Positions 9,589-19,814 of a stretch of DNA of 64,000 nt are shown one piece after another (position 1 is the first letter of the stretch; each line of letters opens with the position of its first letter). The DNA is taken from assembly GCA_965247095.1 (NCBI GenBank), contig OZ251997.1, positions 1,184,001 to 1,248,000 of the forward strand, given 5' to 3'. Under the pieces are notes generated by a model that was given only the letters and a program-made list of their open reading frames with translations, was not told where the DNA came from and made no database searches. This DNA comes from Candidatus Multivorans sp. GTDB taxonomy: Bacteria; Acidobacteriota; Thermoanaerobaculia; Multivoradales; Multivoraceae. A program made the position numbers and the translations under genes.

Positions 9589-12500
9589 ATGCGGAGCAAA
9601 GACCCGCGGCTGACAATCATCGGCGTATTCCTCGCCGCCGCGACGCTGATGCTTGGCTTTCCGGCGCCAGCGCACGCCCAGACCGTGCTCGTGAGCAACA
9701 CGGGCCAATCTAACGCCGGTCAGACACCCGTAGCTCCCAGTGATCATGCTCAGGGGTTCACCACGGGCCAGAATACACTGGGCTACTCCTTGACAAGTAT
9801 CGAGTTGGGCGTAGGCGTGGCTTCGGGTAGCGGAACCCTGACGGTAACAGTGAGGGGTGACGACGGATCGGGCGATCCGGGGGGCAATACGCTATATACC
9901 TTGAACAACCCGGCCAACGTGGCGGCGGGACTCCGAACGTTCACCGCCCCTGCCGGTGCCAGTCTGAATGCAAACACCCAATACTTCGTGCAAATGGTTT
10001 TCGCGCCTAACGGCAGTGCTAGTTACCCCCAATGGGACAATACGACATCTAGCCTCCAAGATTCCGGTTCGGCCATCGGGTGGAGCATCGGGAATGAACG
10101 CCACACGCGCACCCCGGGCTCAACCGGGTGGGGTTCGACTAATTTCACTGTGTTACAAATCAGGGTCAATGGGCAAATTCGCGCCCCGGCCGCCCCAATG
10201 AACCTCTCGGCCACGCCGGATGACGGCCAGGTCACTCTGTCCTGGACCAATCCGGCCAACAACACCATCACGAAGTACCAGTATCGCCGGAAAACAGACA
10301 CGGGGACCTACGGCAGCTGGACCGACATCCCCAACAGCGGTGACACCACGACCAGCTACACTGTGACCGGCCTGACCAACGGCACCGAGTACACGTTCGC
10401 GGTGCGGGCGGTGAACGCTGGCGGTAACGGCGCGGCATCCACCGTGACCGCCACGCCGGCACTGGCCCCGACCGCCCCGACGAATCTCGAGGCCGAGGTG
10501 GGTGACAGACGGATCGGTCTTACCTGGGACGATCCGGGCGACAGCACAATCGACGAGTACGAGTACAGCACCGACGGTGGCTCCTTCAGCGTCATCAGCG
10601 GCAGCGATGACGCCACGACCAGCTACACCGTGACCGGTCTGACCAACGGCACCCAGTACACGTTTGCGGTGCGTGCGGTGAATAGTACCGATGACGGCGT
10701 GGAATCCACCGTGACGGCCATTCCACTGTGGCCCGCGCCGACCGGTTTGGTGGCGACGGCGGGCCAGGGTCGGGTCACCCTGGAGTGGAATAACGGCCAC
10801 TCCGGCATCGGCGATTATTTTACCTATGCCAGAGGCAGCGACATCGTGGATAGAACCAAATTCCTTCCTCGCAGACCGGGTTCGACGACGACCGACATCG
10901 TTTATCCACTGACCAACGGCGTCCTGTACACCTTCAGCGTGCGGGCGCTGCACGGCAAGGAATCACCCACCGTGACGGCCAGGCCGGTGTCCATGCCGGC
11001 CCCGGAGAACCTCACGGCCACCGCGGGTGATGACCGCCAGACCACTCTGTCCTGGAGCGATCCGGGCAACGACACGATCTACAAGTACCAGGTCAGCATG
11101 GACGGTGGCACGACCTTCACCGACATCAGCGGCAGCAGCAAGAGCACTACCACCACTACCGTGACCGGTCTGACCAACGGCACCGGGTACACGCTGGCGG
11201 TGCGCGGGGTGAACTGGTGGGGTTACGGCGCGGCATCCACCGCGACTGCCACGCCACTGTGGCCCGCGCCGACCAATTTGGTGGCGACGCCGGACAGCAG
11301 CCGGGTCTTCCTGGAGTGGGACAGGAACCCCGGGATCACCGATTATCGGGTAGACGTCTCGGACGGCAGCTCGGTGAGCGTGTCGGCCGGTTCGGGGTCG
11401 AAGACAATCGCTGCCATTGACTCGTTGGCCAATGGCACCGCTTACACCTTCACGGTGCTGGCGACACAGGACTCCGCACAGGACTCCGCGGACAGCAGTT
11501 GGCCAGCCGCCGTGGATGCCACGCCGATGGTGGTCTCGCCGGACGCCCCGACGAACCTCTCGGCCACGCCGAGTAACGGCCAGGTCACTCTGTCCTGGGA
11601 CGATCCGGGCAACAACACAATCACCAAGTACCAGGTCAGCAGGGACGGTGGCACGTCCTTCACCAACATCAGCGACAGCGGTGCGAGCACTACCACCACC
11701 ACCGTGACCGGACTGACCAACGGCATCCTGTACACGTTTGCGGTGCGTGCCGAGAACGCTTCCGGTCGCGGCTTGGCAGCCACCACGACCGCCACGCCGG
11801 TCAACGACGCCCCCACGGCTTCCGCCAAGACGGTGTCCACGGACGAGGACACGGCGTACACCTTTAAGGGGGCGGACTTCGGCTTCACGAGCGTCAAATC
11901 CGGCGCCACGCTGAACCACATGAAGATCACTGCACTGCCCGGGGCGGACAAGGGGACGCTGTCGGTTGGCGGCACGGCCATCACCGGTGTCACCACGCCC
12001 AGGCAGGTGACAAAGACCGGGCTCGATGCCGGCAATCTCACGTACACCCCGCCGGCCAACGCCAACGGCGCCGCTTTCGCGACGTTCGCCTTCAAGGTCA
12101 ATGACGGCGTGGCCGATAGCGACATGGCATACACCATCACCATTAACGTGAATGCCGTGAACGACCCCCTCACGGGTTCCGATAAGACGGTGTCCACGGA
12201 CGAGGACACGGCGTACATCTTTAAGGAGGCGGACTTCGCCTTCTCGGACGTCGACGCCGGCGCCACGCTGGGGCACGTGAAGATCACCTCACTGCCCGGG
12301 TCGAACCAGGGGACGCTGTCGGTTGGCGACACACCCATCGCCAGCGTCAGCCCACCCCTCCAGGTGACGAAGGACGAGCTCGGCACTCTCACGTACACTC
12401 CGCCAACCAACGCCTTCGGCGCCGCTTTCGCGACGTTCAACTTCAAGGTCAGTGACGGCACGGACGACAGCGACAAGGCATACACCATCACCATTGACGT

Positions 12501-15500
12501 GAATGCCGTGAACGACCCGCCGGTGGCGGTGACTGACAACGCCGAGACCAGCGAGGACATTCCCGTCGTCATTGGCGTGTTGGAAAACGACTCGGACGTG
12601 GACCCGGGGACTGCCCTCCGCGTGGTCGAGGTGGGGTTTCCGACGGCCCCAACTAAGGGGACCGCCGAGATCGACCCCAACAACACCACCGTCACCTATA
12701 CGCCCAACGCCAACGTCACCGGCACCGACACGTTTAGCTACGCCGTCACGGACGGGTTCGACACGAGCAACGTAGAGGTGGCCGTGGAGATCCTTGGCAG
12801 CGGCACCAACGCGAACCTGTCGAACCTGACCCTCTCGTCGGGGACGCTGATGCCGGATTTCGCCGCGACGACCATGAGCTACGAGGTCGACGTGGAGGCC
12901 CCTACAGACAGTGTGAGGGTGACGCCGACGACGGCAGACGCCCAAGCAACGGTGACGGTGAACGGCACGCCGGTGGACAGTGGAACTGCCAGCGGCGACA
13001 TTGCCCTGACCGAGAATAACGTGACCCGCATCACGGTGGCGGTGACGGCCGCGGACGGGACGCCCACCCAGACCACCACCATCGACGTGACCCGACCGCT
13101 CAGCGACAACGCGAACCTGTCAGGACTGACCATCTCATCGGGGACGCTGACGCCGGTGTTCGCCGTGGGCACCACGGATTATACGGTCGACGTCGGGAAC
13201 GCCGTGGACAGTGTGACGGTGACGCCGGCCACGGAGCACGCCGGCGCGACGGTGACGGTCAACGGCACGCCGGTTGCCAGTGGGAGTGCGAGCGGCGACA
13301 TCGCCCTGATCGAGGGTGACACGACCACCATCGCAGTCGTAGTGACGGCCGCGGACGGGGTGACCACCAAGGCCTACGCCATCGAGATCCGACGAGCCGC
13401 GCTGAGCGATGACGCCAGCCCGACGGTGGAGATCACGACGGAGGCTGCGGCCCCGGTAACGGGAGCGTTCAGGGTAACGATCACCTTTAGCGAGGAGGTG
13501 ACGGGTTTCCAGCAGAGCGAGATCACGGTGACGAATGGGACGGTAAGCAGCTTCAGCGGGTCGGGGACGAGCTACACAGTCGAGATCACCCCCTCGGAGA
13601 ACGGTGAGGTGACCGTAGAGGTTGGTGCGGACGTGGCCGAGGACGAGGCCGGCAACGGCAACCGGGCGGCGGAGCCTCTGGTGATCGAGGCGGATCTGAC
13701 GGGACCGGAAGTGGAGATCACCAGCGAGGCCATGGGAGCGGTGAACGGCGCGTTCGAGGTGACGATCACCTTTAGTGATGCGGTGACGGGTTTCGAGCAG
13801 AGCGAGATCACGGTGACGAATGGGACGGTAAGCAGCTTCAGCGGGTCGGGGACGAGCTACACAGTCGAGATCACCCCCTCGGAGAACGGTGAGGTGACCG
13901 TAGAGGTTGGTGCGGACGTGGCCGAGGACGAGGCCGGCAACGGCAACCGGGCGGCGGAGCCTCTGGTGATCGAGGCGGATCTGATGGGACCGGAAGTGGA
14001 GATCACCAGCGAGGCCACGGGACCGGTGAGCGGCGCATTCGAGGTGACCATCCGTTTCGACGAGTCGACGGAGGGCTTTGAACTGGAAGATGTCGAGGTC
14101 AGCAACGGGACGGCGTCGAACTTCAACGAGGTGTCCTCACGGACTTACACGGTGACGATCACGCCGGACGCAACAGGTGAGGTCAGGGTGGAAGTGGCCG
14201 CCGGAGTAGCCGAGGACAAGTTCGGCAATGCCAACGAGGCAGCGGAGCCGTTCATCATCGAGGTAGACCTGGAGCGGCCGCAGGTAACGATCGCAGGCCC
14301 TACGGAGCCGGTGGGAATGGCGGGGTTCGAAGTGACGATCACCTTCTCGGAGCCGGTGGAGGGTTTTGAGTCGGAAGATATCCAGGTCAGCAACGCGAAG
14401 GTCGCCGAGTTCACCGAGGTGTCATCGAGTGAGTATCAAGCCACGATCAAGCCGGCGAAGGCGGGGCGGACGGTCGTTGTGGAAGTGCCCGAGGCCGTTG
14501 CCGAGGACGTGGCGGGCAACGGCAATGAGGCGGCGGAGCCGTTCGAGGTGGAGGCGAAGCTGGCGGTGAGCTACGAGCAGGAGAGCTACACGGCACTCGA
14601 AGGCGGGGAGGCGGTGACGGTGACGGTGAAGCTGAGCCAAGCCGGGGACGCGGAGTTGGCGATCCCGATCCGGGTGAGGCGTCCGGAGACGACGGAAGTC
14701 GGGGACTACACGGTCGAGGGATTGGAAGATTGGAATGCCGAGGGGGGCACCGGAACGCTCATCTTCGCGGCGGGGGAAGCGGAACAGGCATTGAGCATTG
14801 CAGCCGACCATGATGGGGACGGGGACGACGAGACGATAGAGCTTGGCTTTGGAGAGTTGCCGGAGATAGCAATGGCAGGGGAACCGGCCATAGCGACGGT
14901 GACGCTCGAGGACAAGGGGCTGGTGGAGCTTGAGGTGAGCTTTGGGCAGGCTGCGTACCAGATCAAGGAAGGCCAGCAGGCCGACATTGAGGTGACCGTC
15001 TCACCGGCCGCGGACCGGCGGGTGGAAGTGTCGCTCGTGGTGGCGCTCGAGGCAGGGACGACGCCCGAAGACTTTAGCGGGGTGCCGTCGACGTTGGTGT
15101 TCGAGGAAGGCGAGAGTCAGGGGACGATTTCGATAGCGGTCCTGGGGGACGAAGTGAACGATCCCGGGGAGGGGATTGTGCTGAGCTTGGGCGAGTTACC
15201 GGAGGCGGTCAACGAAGGAGAGATTTCACAGACACGAGTGAACTTCACGCAGCAGCGGACGGCGGAGCAGTTCTCGCGCTCCCTGGAGGGGATGTTGGCG
15301 GTGGTCGCGCGCTCGATGGGAGAGAGCGCGCAGACGGCGATCCAGGGTCGGTTTGAGCGGCATCGTCAGTGGAGTCGTCTCGGGTCATCGGATGGCTCGA
15401 TGCCGACACCGGAGCCGGGGAGCGGCGATGGTGCCGCGGCTCTCGGCCCCGGCGAATCGGAGCGGGTAGACGGCGGGGGCGCCGGCGACAGAGGAGCAGC

Positions 15501-17010
15501 AGGCTCGGTGGTGCAGAGCGCTTGGGGCGCAGCCAAGACCGGAGCAGCAACGGGATCGGGTAGGAACTCGGAGAATCGGGAGACAGGCAAGCGAGGATCG
15601 TGGCTGCGGAATGTCTCGCAGGGTTTGTTGGGGAACCTGGTCGGCTCCGGCCAGAGCGACTCGGGCTTCTCTACCGGTCTTGGTTTGGGGCCAGGTGGGA
15701 CAGGCTCCGGTCAGGATCGATTCCAGGGTTCTGGGACAAGGGACGCGTCCCTGAGACCGGGGTCGGCTCAGTTGTCCAGGCAGAGGGATCAAGCTCTCAA
15801 CCTGTCGGGGTTGTCCTTCGAGACATCCCGAGGAGAGCAGGAGCAGGAGAAGAGCTGGTTACCGGTATTGTGGGGGCAGGGGGATCTGCAGCATTTCAAC
15901 GGGGACTTGACACGGCTCGGGATGGACTATCGGGGAGGTCTCGAAGCGGCTCACGTCGGGTTGGACCTCTATGCCAGCGAACAGATGCTGGCCGGCGTGT
16001 CGTTCATGCACAGTTGGGGGGACCTGGATTACACAGACGATGGGATAGATGGGGTGCTAGAGAGTCGCATGAACACGGTGCACCCCTATCTGTACTGGCA
16101 GCCGAACGAACGGGTGAGCGTGTGGAGCATTGGAGGCTTGGGCCGGGGTCAGGTGGATATCGACGAGCCGGGCCGGACGCACGACTTCGACGCCGACTTT
16201 CGGATGTTCGCTGGTGGAGTGAGGGCGGCGTTGAGGCGGCGTGGCAACAGTGAATGGGGTCTGCGAGCGGATGCCTTCTCGGTGCAACTGGGGACCGACG
16301 CGTTGGAGGACATCGCCAAGGTGAGCGGTGAAGCTCACCGGGGCCGGTTGATGCTGGAATGGGTGCACGACAGGGAGCTGTCAGTGGGGAGATCATTGAG
16401 CCTGACGGCGGCGGCCGGAGGTCGCTTCGACGGCGGCGATGCGGAACGGGGCAGCGGCGTGGAGACCGGTTTCCGTCTGGGGTACCTGGATGCGACCAGT
16501 GGCCTGGACGTGGCGCTGCACGGCCGGGTGCTCGTGGTGCACGAAAGTGACTACCAGGACTGGGGAGCGGGCGTGCAGGCGAGCTGGGATCCGGGAGAAA
16601 GGCAGCGCGGTCTAAGGGTGTCCCTGAACTCCTCGCTGGGCCAGGACGGCGACGGCGGAACGACGCTGTGGGACAACGCGGACGTTGTGATACGCGAGGT
16701 GGGTGTGGGAGCGCTGGGCCTGGGTTCGCCGTATCGGATGGAAGGTGAGGTGGCCTACGGCGGCATGAAGGCGCGGGGCGTGCCTGGTTTACTAGAGCCC
16801 TATGGCCGCGTGCGATGGGCCGGAGAAGGTCGGGAGCTGAGCTTGGGCACCCAGTGGAGCCTGCCGATTGGCTCGCAGCAGGCCCTGCCATTGGTGTTGG
16901 AGTTGGAGTTGGAAGGCCTGATGCGCGAGAACGGAACGGGTTCGTCCGATCAGGCGGTCTTGCTGCGCATGTCGATCCCCTTGGGCGGCTCGCGGGACGT
17001 CATGCCTTGA
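9589..17010 (+). CDS. Giant (~2470 aa) multidomain surface protein/adhesin with probable C-terminal autotransporter-like beta-barrel
   Basis: Signal peptide ...APAHA|Q; N-terminal VLVSNTGQ...AQGFTTG domain; 6 FN3 repeats (GLTNG.Y.F.VRA.N); 3 cadherin/Big-like repeats (VNDAP..TDEDT); 2 NANLS cadherin-like beta sandwiches; 4 VTITFSE Ig repeats; 2 Calx-beta-like domains; aromatic amphipathic beta-strand C-terminus. Confidence 0.85.
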   Translation: MRSKDPRLTIIGVFLAAATLMLGFPAPAHAQTVLVSNTGQSNAGQTPVAPSDHAQGFTTGQNTLGYSLTSIELGVGVASGSGTLTVTVRGDDGSGDPGGNTLYTLNNPANVAAGLRTFTAPAGASLNANTQYFVQMVFAPNGSASYPQWDNTTSSLQDSGSAIGWSIGNERHTRTPGSTGWGSTNFTVLQIRVNGQIRAPAAPMNLSATPDDGQVTLSWTNPANNTITKYQYRRKTDTGTYGSWTDIPNSGDTTTSYTVTGLTNGTEYTFAVRAVNAGGNGAASTVTATPALAPTAPTNLEAEVGDRRIGLTWDDPGDSTIDEYEYSTDGGSFSVISGSDDATTSYTVTGLTNGTQYTFAVRAVNSTDDGVESTVTAIPLWPAPTGLVATAGQGRVTLEWNNGHSGIGDYFTYARGSDIVDRTKFLPRRPGSTTTDIVYPLTNGVLYTFSVRALHGKESPTVTARPVSMPAPENLTATAGDDRQTTLSWSDPGNDTIYKYQVSMDGGTTFTDISGSSKSTTTTTVTGLTNGTGYTLAVRGVNWWGYGAASTATATPLWPAPTNLVATPDSSRVFLEWDRNPGITDYRVDVSDGSSVSVSAGSGSKTIAAIDSLANGTAYTFTVLATQDSAQDSADSSWPAAVDATPMVVSPDAPTNLSATPSNGQVTLSWDDPGNNTITKYQVSRDGGTSFTNISDSGASTTTTTVTGLTNGILYTFAVRAENASGRGLAATTTATPVNDAPTASAKTVSTDEDTAYTFKGADFGFTSVKSGATLNHMKITALPGADKGTLSVGGTAITGVTTPRQVTKTGLDAGNLTYTPPANANGAAFATFAFKVNDGVADSDMAYTITINVNAVNDPLTGSDKTVSTDEDTAYIFKEADFAFSDVDAGATLGHVKITSLPGSNQGTLSVGDTPIASVSPPLQVTKDELGTLTYTPPTNAFGAAFATFNFKVSDGTDDSDKAYTITIDVNAVNDPPVAVTDNAETSEDIPVVIGVLENDSDVDPGTALRVVEVGFPTAPTKGTAEIDPNNTTVTYTPNANVTGTDTFSYAVTDGFDTSNVEVAVEILGSGTNANLSNLTLSSGTLMPDFAATTMSYEVDVEAPTDSVRVTPTTADAQATVTVNGTPVDSGTASGDIALTENNVTRITVAVTAADGTPTQTTTIDVTRPLSDNANLSGLTISSGTLTPVFAVGTTDYTVDVGNAVDSVTVTPATEHAGATVTVNGTPVASGSASGDIALIEGDTTTIAVVVTAADGVTTKAYAIEIRRAALSDDASPTVEITTEAAAPVTGAFRVTITFSEEVTGFQQSEITVTNGTVSSFSGSGTSYTVEITPSENGEVTVEVGADVAEDEAGNGNRAAEPLVIEADLTGPEVEITSEAMGAVNGAFEVTITFSDAVTGFEQSEITVTNGTVSSFSGSGTSYTVEITPSENGEVTVEVGADVAEDEAGNGNRAAEPLVIEADLMGPEVEITSEATGPVSGAFEVTIRFDESTEGFELEDVEVSNGTASNFNEVSSRTYTVTITPDATGEVRVEVAAGVAEDKFGNANEAAEPFIIEVDLERPQVTIAGPTEPVGMAGFEVTITFSEPVEGFESEDIQVSNAKVAEFTEVSSSEYQATIKPAKAGRTVVVEVPEAVAEDVAGNGNEAAEPFEVEAKLAVSYEQESYTALEGGEAVTVTVKLSQAGDAELAIPIRVRRPETTEVGDYTVEGLEDWNAEGGTGTLIFAAGEAEQALSIAADHDGDGDDETIELGFGELPEIAMAGEPAIATVTLEDKGLVELEVSFGQAAYQIKEGQQADIEVTVSPAADRRVEVSLVVALEAGTTPEDFSGVPSTLVFEEGESQGTISIAVLGDEVNDPGEGIVLSLGELPEAVNEGEISQTRVNFTQQRTAEQFSRSLEGMLAVVARSMGESAQTAIQGRFERHRQWSRLGSSDGSMPTPEPGSGDGAAALGPGESERVDGGGAGDRGAAGSVVQSAWGAAKTGAATGSGRNSENRETGKRGSWLRNVSQGLLGNLVGSGQSDSGFSTGLGLGPGGTGSGQDRFQGSGTRDASLRPGSAQLSRQRDQALNLSGLSFETSRGEQEQEKSWLPVLWGQGDLQHFNGDLTRLGMDYRGGLEAAHVGLDLYASEQMLAGVSFMHSWGDLDYTDDGIDGVLESRMNTVHPYLYWQPNERVSVWSIGGLGRGQVDIDEPGRTHDFDADFRMFAGGVRAALRRRGNSEWGLRADAFSVQLGTDALEDIAKVSGEAHRGRLMLEWVHDRELSVGRSLSLTAAAGGRFDGGDAERGSGVETGFRLGYLDATSGLDVALHGRVLVVHESDYQDWGAGVQASWDPGERQRGLRVSLNSSLGQDGDGGTTLWDNADVVIREVGVGALGLGSPYRMEGEVAYGGMKARGVPGLLEPYGRVRWAGEGRELSLGTQWSLPIGSQQALPLVLELELEGLMRENGTGSSDQAVLLRMSIPLGGSRDVMP
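13498..14017 (+). repeat. Near-identical intragenic duplication (235 bp, 285-bp period)
   Basis: 13498-13732 vs 13783-14017 differ at 2 positions by eye. Confidence 0.9.
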
Positions 17011-17622
17011 GGCGGGCCGCCCTAGGGACCCGGCGCCGCGACCCGCAAGGCAGATGCCGGCGCCTGCGGCCACTCTAGAATTCCCCGCCGAGCCGGTCGG
17101 CGCCCGACAACAGGATGCGCCGGCCAGGGCGCCACAACTCCATGAAATATAGTGGCTTATTCTCCACGGCCTCACGGTGAGTCGCGGTGAAGAGGGTAGA
17201 GCAAGAGGAGCCATTGTGTCCGGCTTTGACGGTGACGCGGGATAGCCTCTCGTGCTCGACCGTGGCGACGTAATAGAGATGGTCGACGTTTCCGGGGAGT
17301 TCCTGTCACCGAGCCGACGGGGCGCCGTTCACCGACGTCTGAGTGTGGCCCGCCTCTACGAGGAGGCGGTGCGGCGAAGCGAGGCGGCGATCGCCGCCGA
17401 AGGGCCGTTGGTGGCCTCGACCGGGGACCACACCGGGCGTTCGCCAAACGACCGGTTCCTGGTACGTCGGTCGCCTTCGGCGGACGCCGTTGACTGGGGG
17501 CCGGTCAACTGGAGGCATCGCTCGGAAACTGAGCCACCCAGCGCGCGGAAAGTGATCCACCCTCGGCCCTGACACCGGTAGCTTGGTCTTGTCTAGAGGA
17601 CCAAGGCGATCGGAGGAAGGAC

Positions 17623-19065
17623 TTGCTGAGGATGGATCAAGTGCATGTTATTCGGCACCAGGTGCTGGTGGAGGGTCGGAGCCAACGCTCGGTGGCCCGC
17701 GAGCACGGGGTGAGCCGCAATACGGTGCGCAAGTACATGGATCAGAGCGCGCCGCGGCGGGTGGAGAGAAAGCCGCGGCGCCGCTGGGTGACGGAGCGGG
17801 TGGCGCCGCGTCTGGAGGAGTTGCTGCGCACGTGGTCTCGCCGGACGACGGCGAAGCAGCGTTTGACGGCTACTCGTCTGCATCGCCAGTTGCTGGAGGA
17901 GGGCTACGAGGTCGGGATCACGACGGTGCGCAGCTACGTACGGGAGTGGAAGCGCCAGCGGCAGGAGACGTTCATCCCGCTGGTGCACCGTGCCGGCGAG
18001 TGTGGCCAGGTGGACTTCTTCGAGGTGACGGTGGAGGAGGACGGTGTGGCGCACCGGGTGTGGAAGTTCCTGCTGCACCTGCCGTACTCGGGCCGTTCGT
18101 TCGTGTGGCTGTACGACCGCTGCGACCAAGTGGCGTTCCTCGACGGCCATGTACGGGCGTTCGCTCACTTCGGCGGCGTGCCGCTGCGGCTGGTCTACGA
18201 CAATCTGAGTGCGGCGGTGCGTCGCCGGGTGGGCGGCGAGCGTCAGTTGACGGCTCGGTTCCAGGCTCTGGTGAGCCACTACCTGTTCGAGCCTTGCTTC
18301 GCCCGTCCCGGCGAGGGGCACGACAAGGGCAGTGTGGAGGCGCGCGGCAAGGGAATCCGTCTGGCGCACATGAGTCCGGTGCCTCAAGGGCGCAGTCTGG
18401 AGGAGATCGCGCGGTGCGTGCTGGCTTCGGTCGACATGGCGCACGGTAACCGTGCGCGGTGGGAGGAGGAGCAAGCAGCTCTGCGCGAGCTGCCGCCTAC
18501 CGCGTTCGAGGCCAGAAAGATGAGGATCGCGCGTGTGTCGCGCCAGGCGACGGTGCAGTTGTGCGGTGCGACCTACTCGGTTCCCTCGCGGTGGAAGAGC
18601 CTCCAGGTCCATGCCCTCGTCGGCGCCAAGGAGATCACCTTCACCTGCCGCAGCGAGGAGTACCGCTGCGACCTGGTGCGGCCGGGCCAGCGTCTGGTGC
18701 GCTACGCGCACTACTTCGAGGAGTTGTCCCGTAAGCCTCAGGCGGTGCGGCAGGTGGCCCCGGAGTTACTCGCAGAGCTCGGTCCGGCGTACCGCAAGCT
18801 ATGGAGCATGCTGGAGTTGCGGCACGGCGCGTTGGAGACGGCGAGGCTCTTCGCCAAGCTGCTGAGCGTGGTTGTGGACCACGGCAGCGAGGAGGTCGCC
18901 TCCGCTCTTGAGGAAGCCTTGGCCGCCGGCCGCTTCGACCTGCTGGGACTTGTCGAGCGGCGCTCCGCGCCCCGGATCGAGGTGCCCGAGACGCTCCGTC
19001 GCCACGAGATCGAGAGCGCCAGAGCCGCCGACTTCGACGTGCTGCTTCAGGAGGCGGCATCGTGA
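17623..19065 (+). CDS. istA: IS21 transposase IstA
   Basis: N-terminal HTH (SRNTVRKY), QVDF, YDNL, DKGSVE, YSVP. Confidence 0.95.
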   Translation: MLRMDQVHVIRHQVLVEGRSQRSVAREHGVSRNTVRKYMDQSAPRRVERKPRRRWVTERVAPRLEELLRTWSRRTTAKQRLTATRLHRQLLEEGYEVGITTVRSYVREWKRQRQETFIPLVHRAGECGQVDFFEVTVEEDGVAHRVWKFLLHLPYSGRSFVWLYDRCDQVAFLDGHVRAFAHFGGVPLRLVYDNLSAAVRRRVGGERQLTARFQALVSHYLFEPCFARPGEGHDKGSVEARGKGIRLAHMSPVPQGRSLEEIARCVLASVDMAHGNRARWEEEQAALRELPPTAFEARKMRIARVSRQATVQLCGATYSVPSRWKSLQVHALVGAKEITFTCRSEEYRCDLVRPGQRLVRYAHYFEELSRKPQAVRQVAPELLAELGPAYRKLWSMLELRHGALETARLFAKLLSVVVDHGSEEVASALEEALAAGRFDLLGLVERRSAPRIEVPETLRRHEIESARAADFDVLLQEAAS

Positions 19066-19814
19066 GTCGGGCCGCGCGCCGAGCCGTCATCAAAGAGGGC
19101 CTCAAGACGCTCAAGATGCCTTCCGTGCTGCGCGACTACGAGCAGCGGGCGCGTCAGGCCCAGGACGCGCAATGGGACTACGAGGACTACCTCTGGCAAC
19201 TGCTCGAAGCCGAGATCCGGGATCGTGAGGCCCGCACCGTCGAGCGCCGGCTGCGGGCGGCCCGCTTCCCCGACCACAAGACGCTCGACCAGATCGACTT
19301 CGAGGCGCTGCAAGGCGTCTCCAAACCGAAGCTGCGGGAGTTGGCCGCCTGCGACTACATCGACCGCGGCGACGATGTCGTCCTGGTCGGACCGATCGGC
19401 ACCGGCAAGACGCATCTCGCCATCGCGCTGGGCATCGAGGCTGCCAAGCGCCGCCGCCGGGTCTGGTTCCGCAAGGCCTCCGACCTCGTCCGCGACCTGA
19501 TCGAGGCCCGTGACCAGCGGGAGCTGGGCCGCCTCCAGCAGCGGCTTCAGCGGGTCGACCTCCTGATCTGCGACGAGCTCGGCTTCGTGCCCTTCGACCG
19601 CGTCGGCGGCGAACTGCTCTTCAACGTCTTTGCCGACCGCTACGAGCGCCGCTCGACCATCGTCACCTCCAACCTCGCCTTCTCCGAATGGGTCCGCGTC
19701 TTCGGCGACGAGAAGCTGACCACGGCCCTGCTCGACCGCCTCTCCCACCACGCCCACATCCTCGCCACCAAGGGCTCCTCCTATCGGACCCGGCTCTCGA
19801 GAAGCACCTCGTGA
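19062..19814 (+). CDS. istB: IS21 helper ATPase IstB
   Basis: [33 protein letters not shown]. Confidence 0.96.
   Translation: MSRAARRAVIKEGLKTLKMPSVLRDYEQRARQAQDAQWDYEDYLWQLLEAEIRDREARTVERRLRAARFPDHKTLDQIDFEALQGVSKPKLRELAACDYIDRGDDVVLVGPIGTGKTHLAIALGIEAAKRRRRVWFRKASDLVRDLIEARDQRELGRLQQRLQRVDLLICDELGFVPFDRVGGELLFNVFADRYERRSTIVTSNLAFSEWVRVFGDEKLTTALLDRLSHHAHILATKGSSYRTRLSRSTS

Noticed and set aside
13498-14017. Possible DGR template/variable repeat pair
   Set aside because: The mismatches are not adenine-specific, both copies are in-frame domains, and no reverse transcriptase is present.
17205-17213. GAGGAGCCA identical to the tRNA-Asn 3' end (possible attR)
   Set aside because: Only 9 bp, doubles as the pckA RBS, and there is no integrase nearby.
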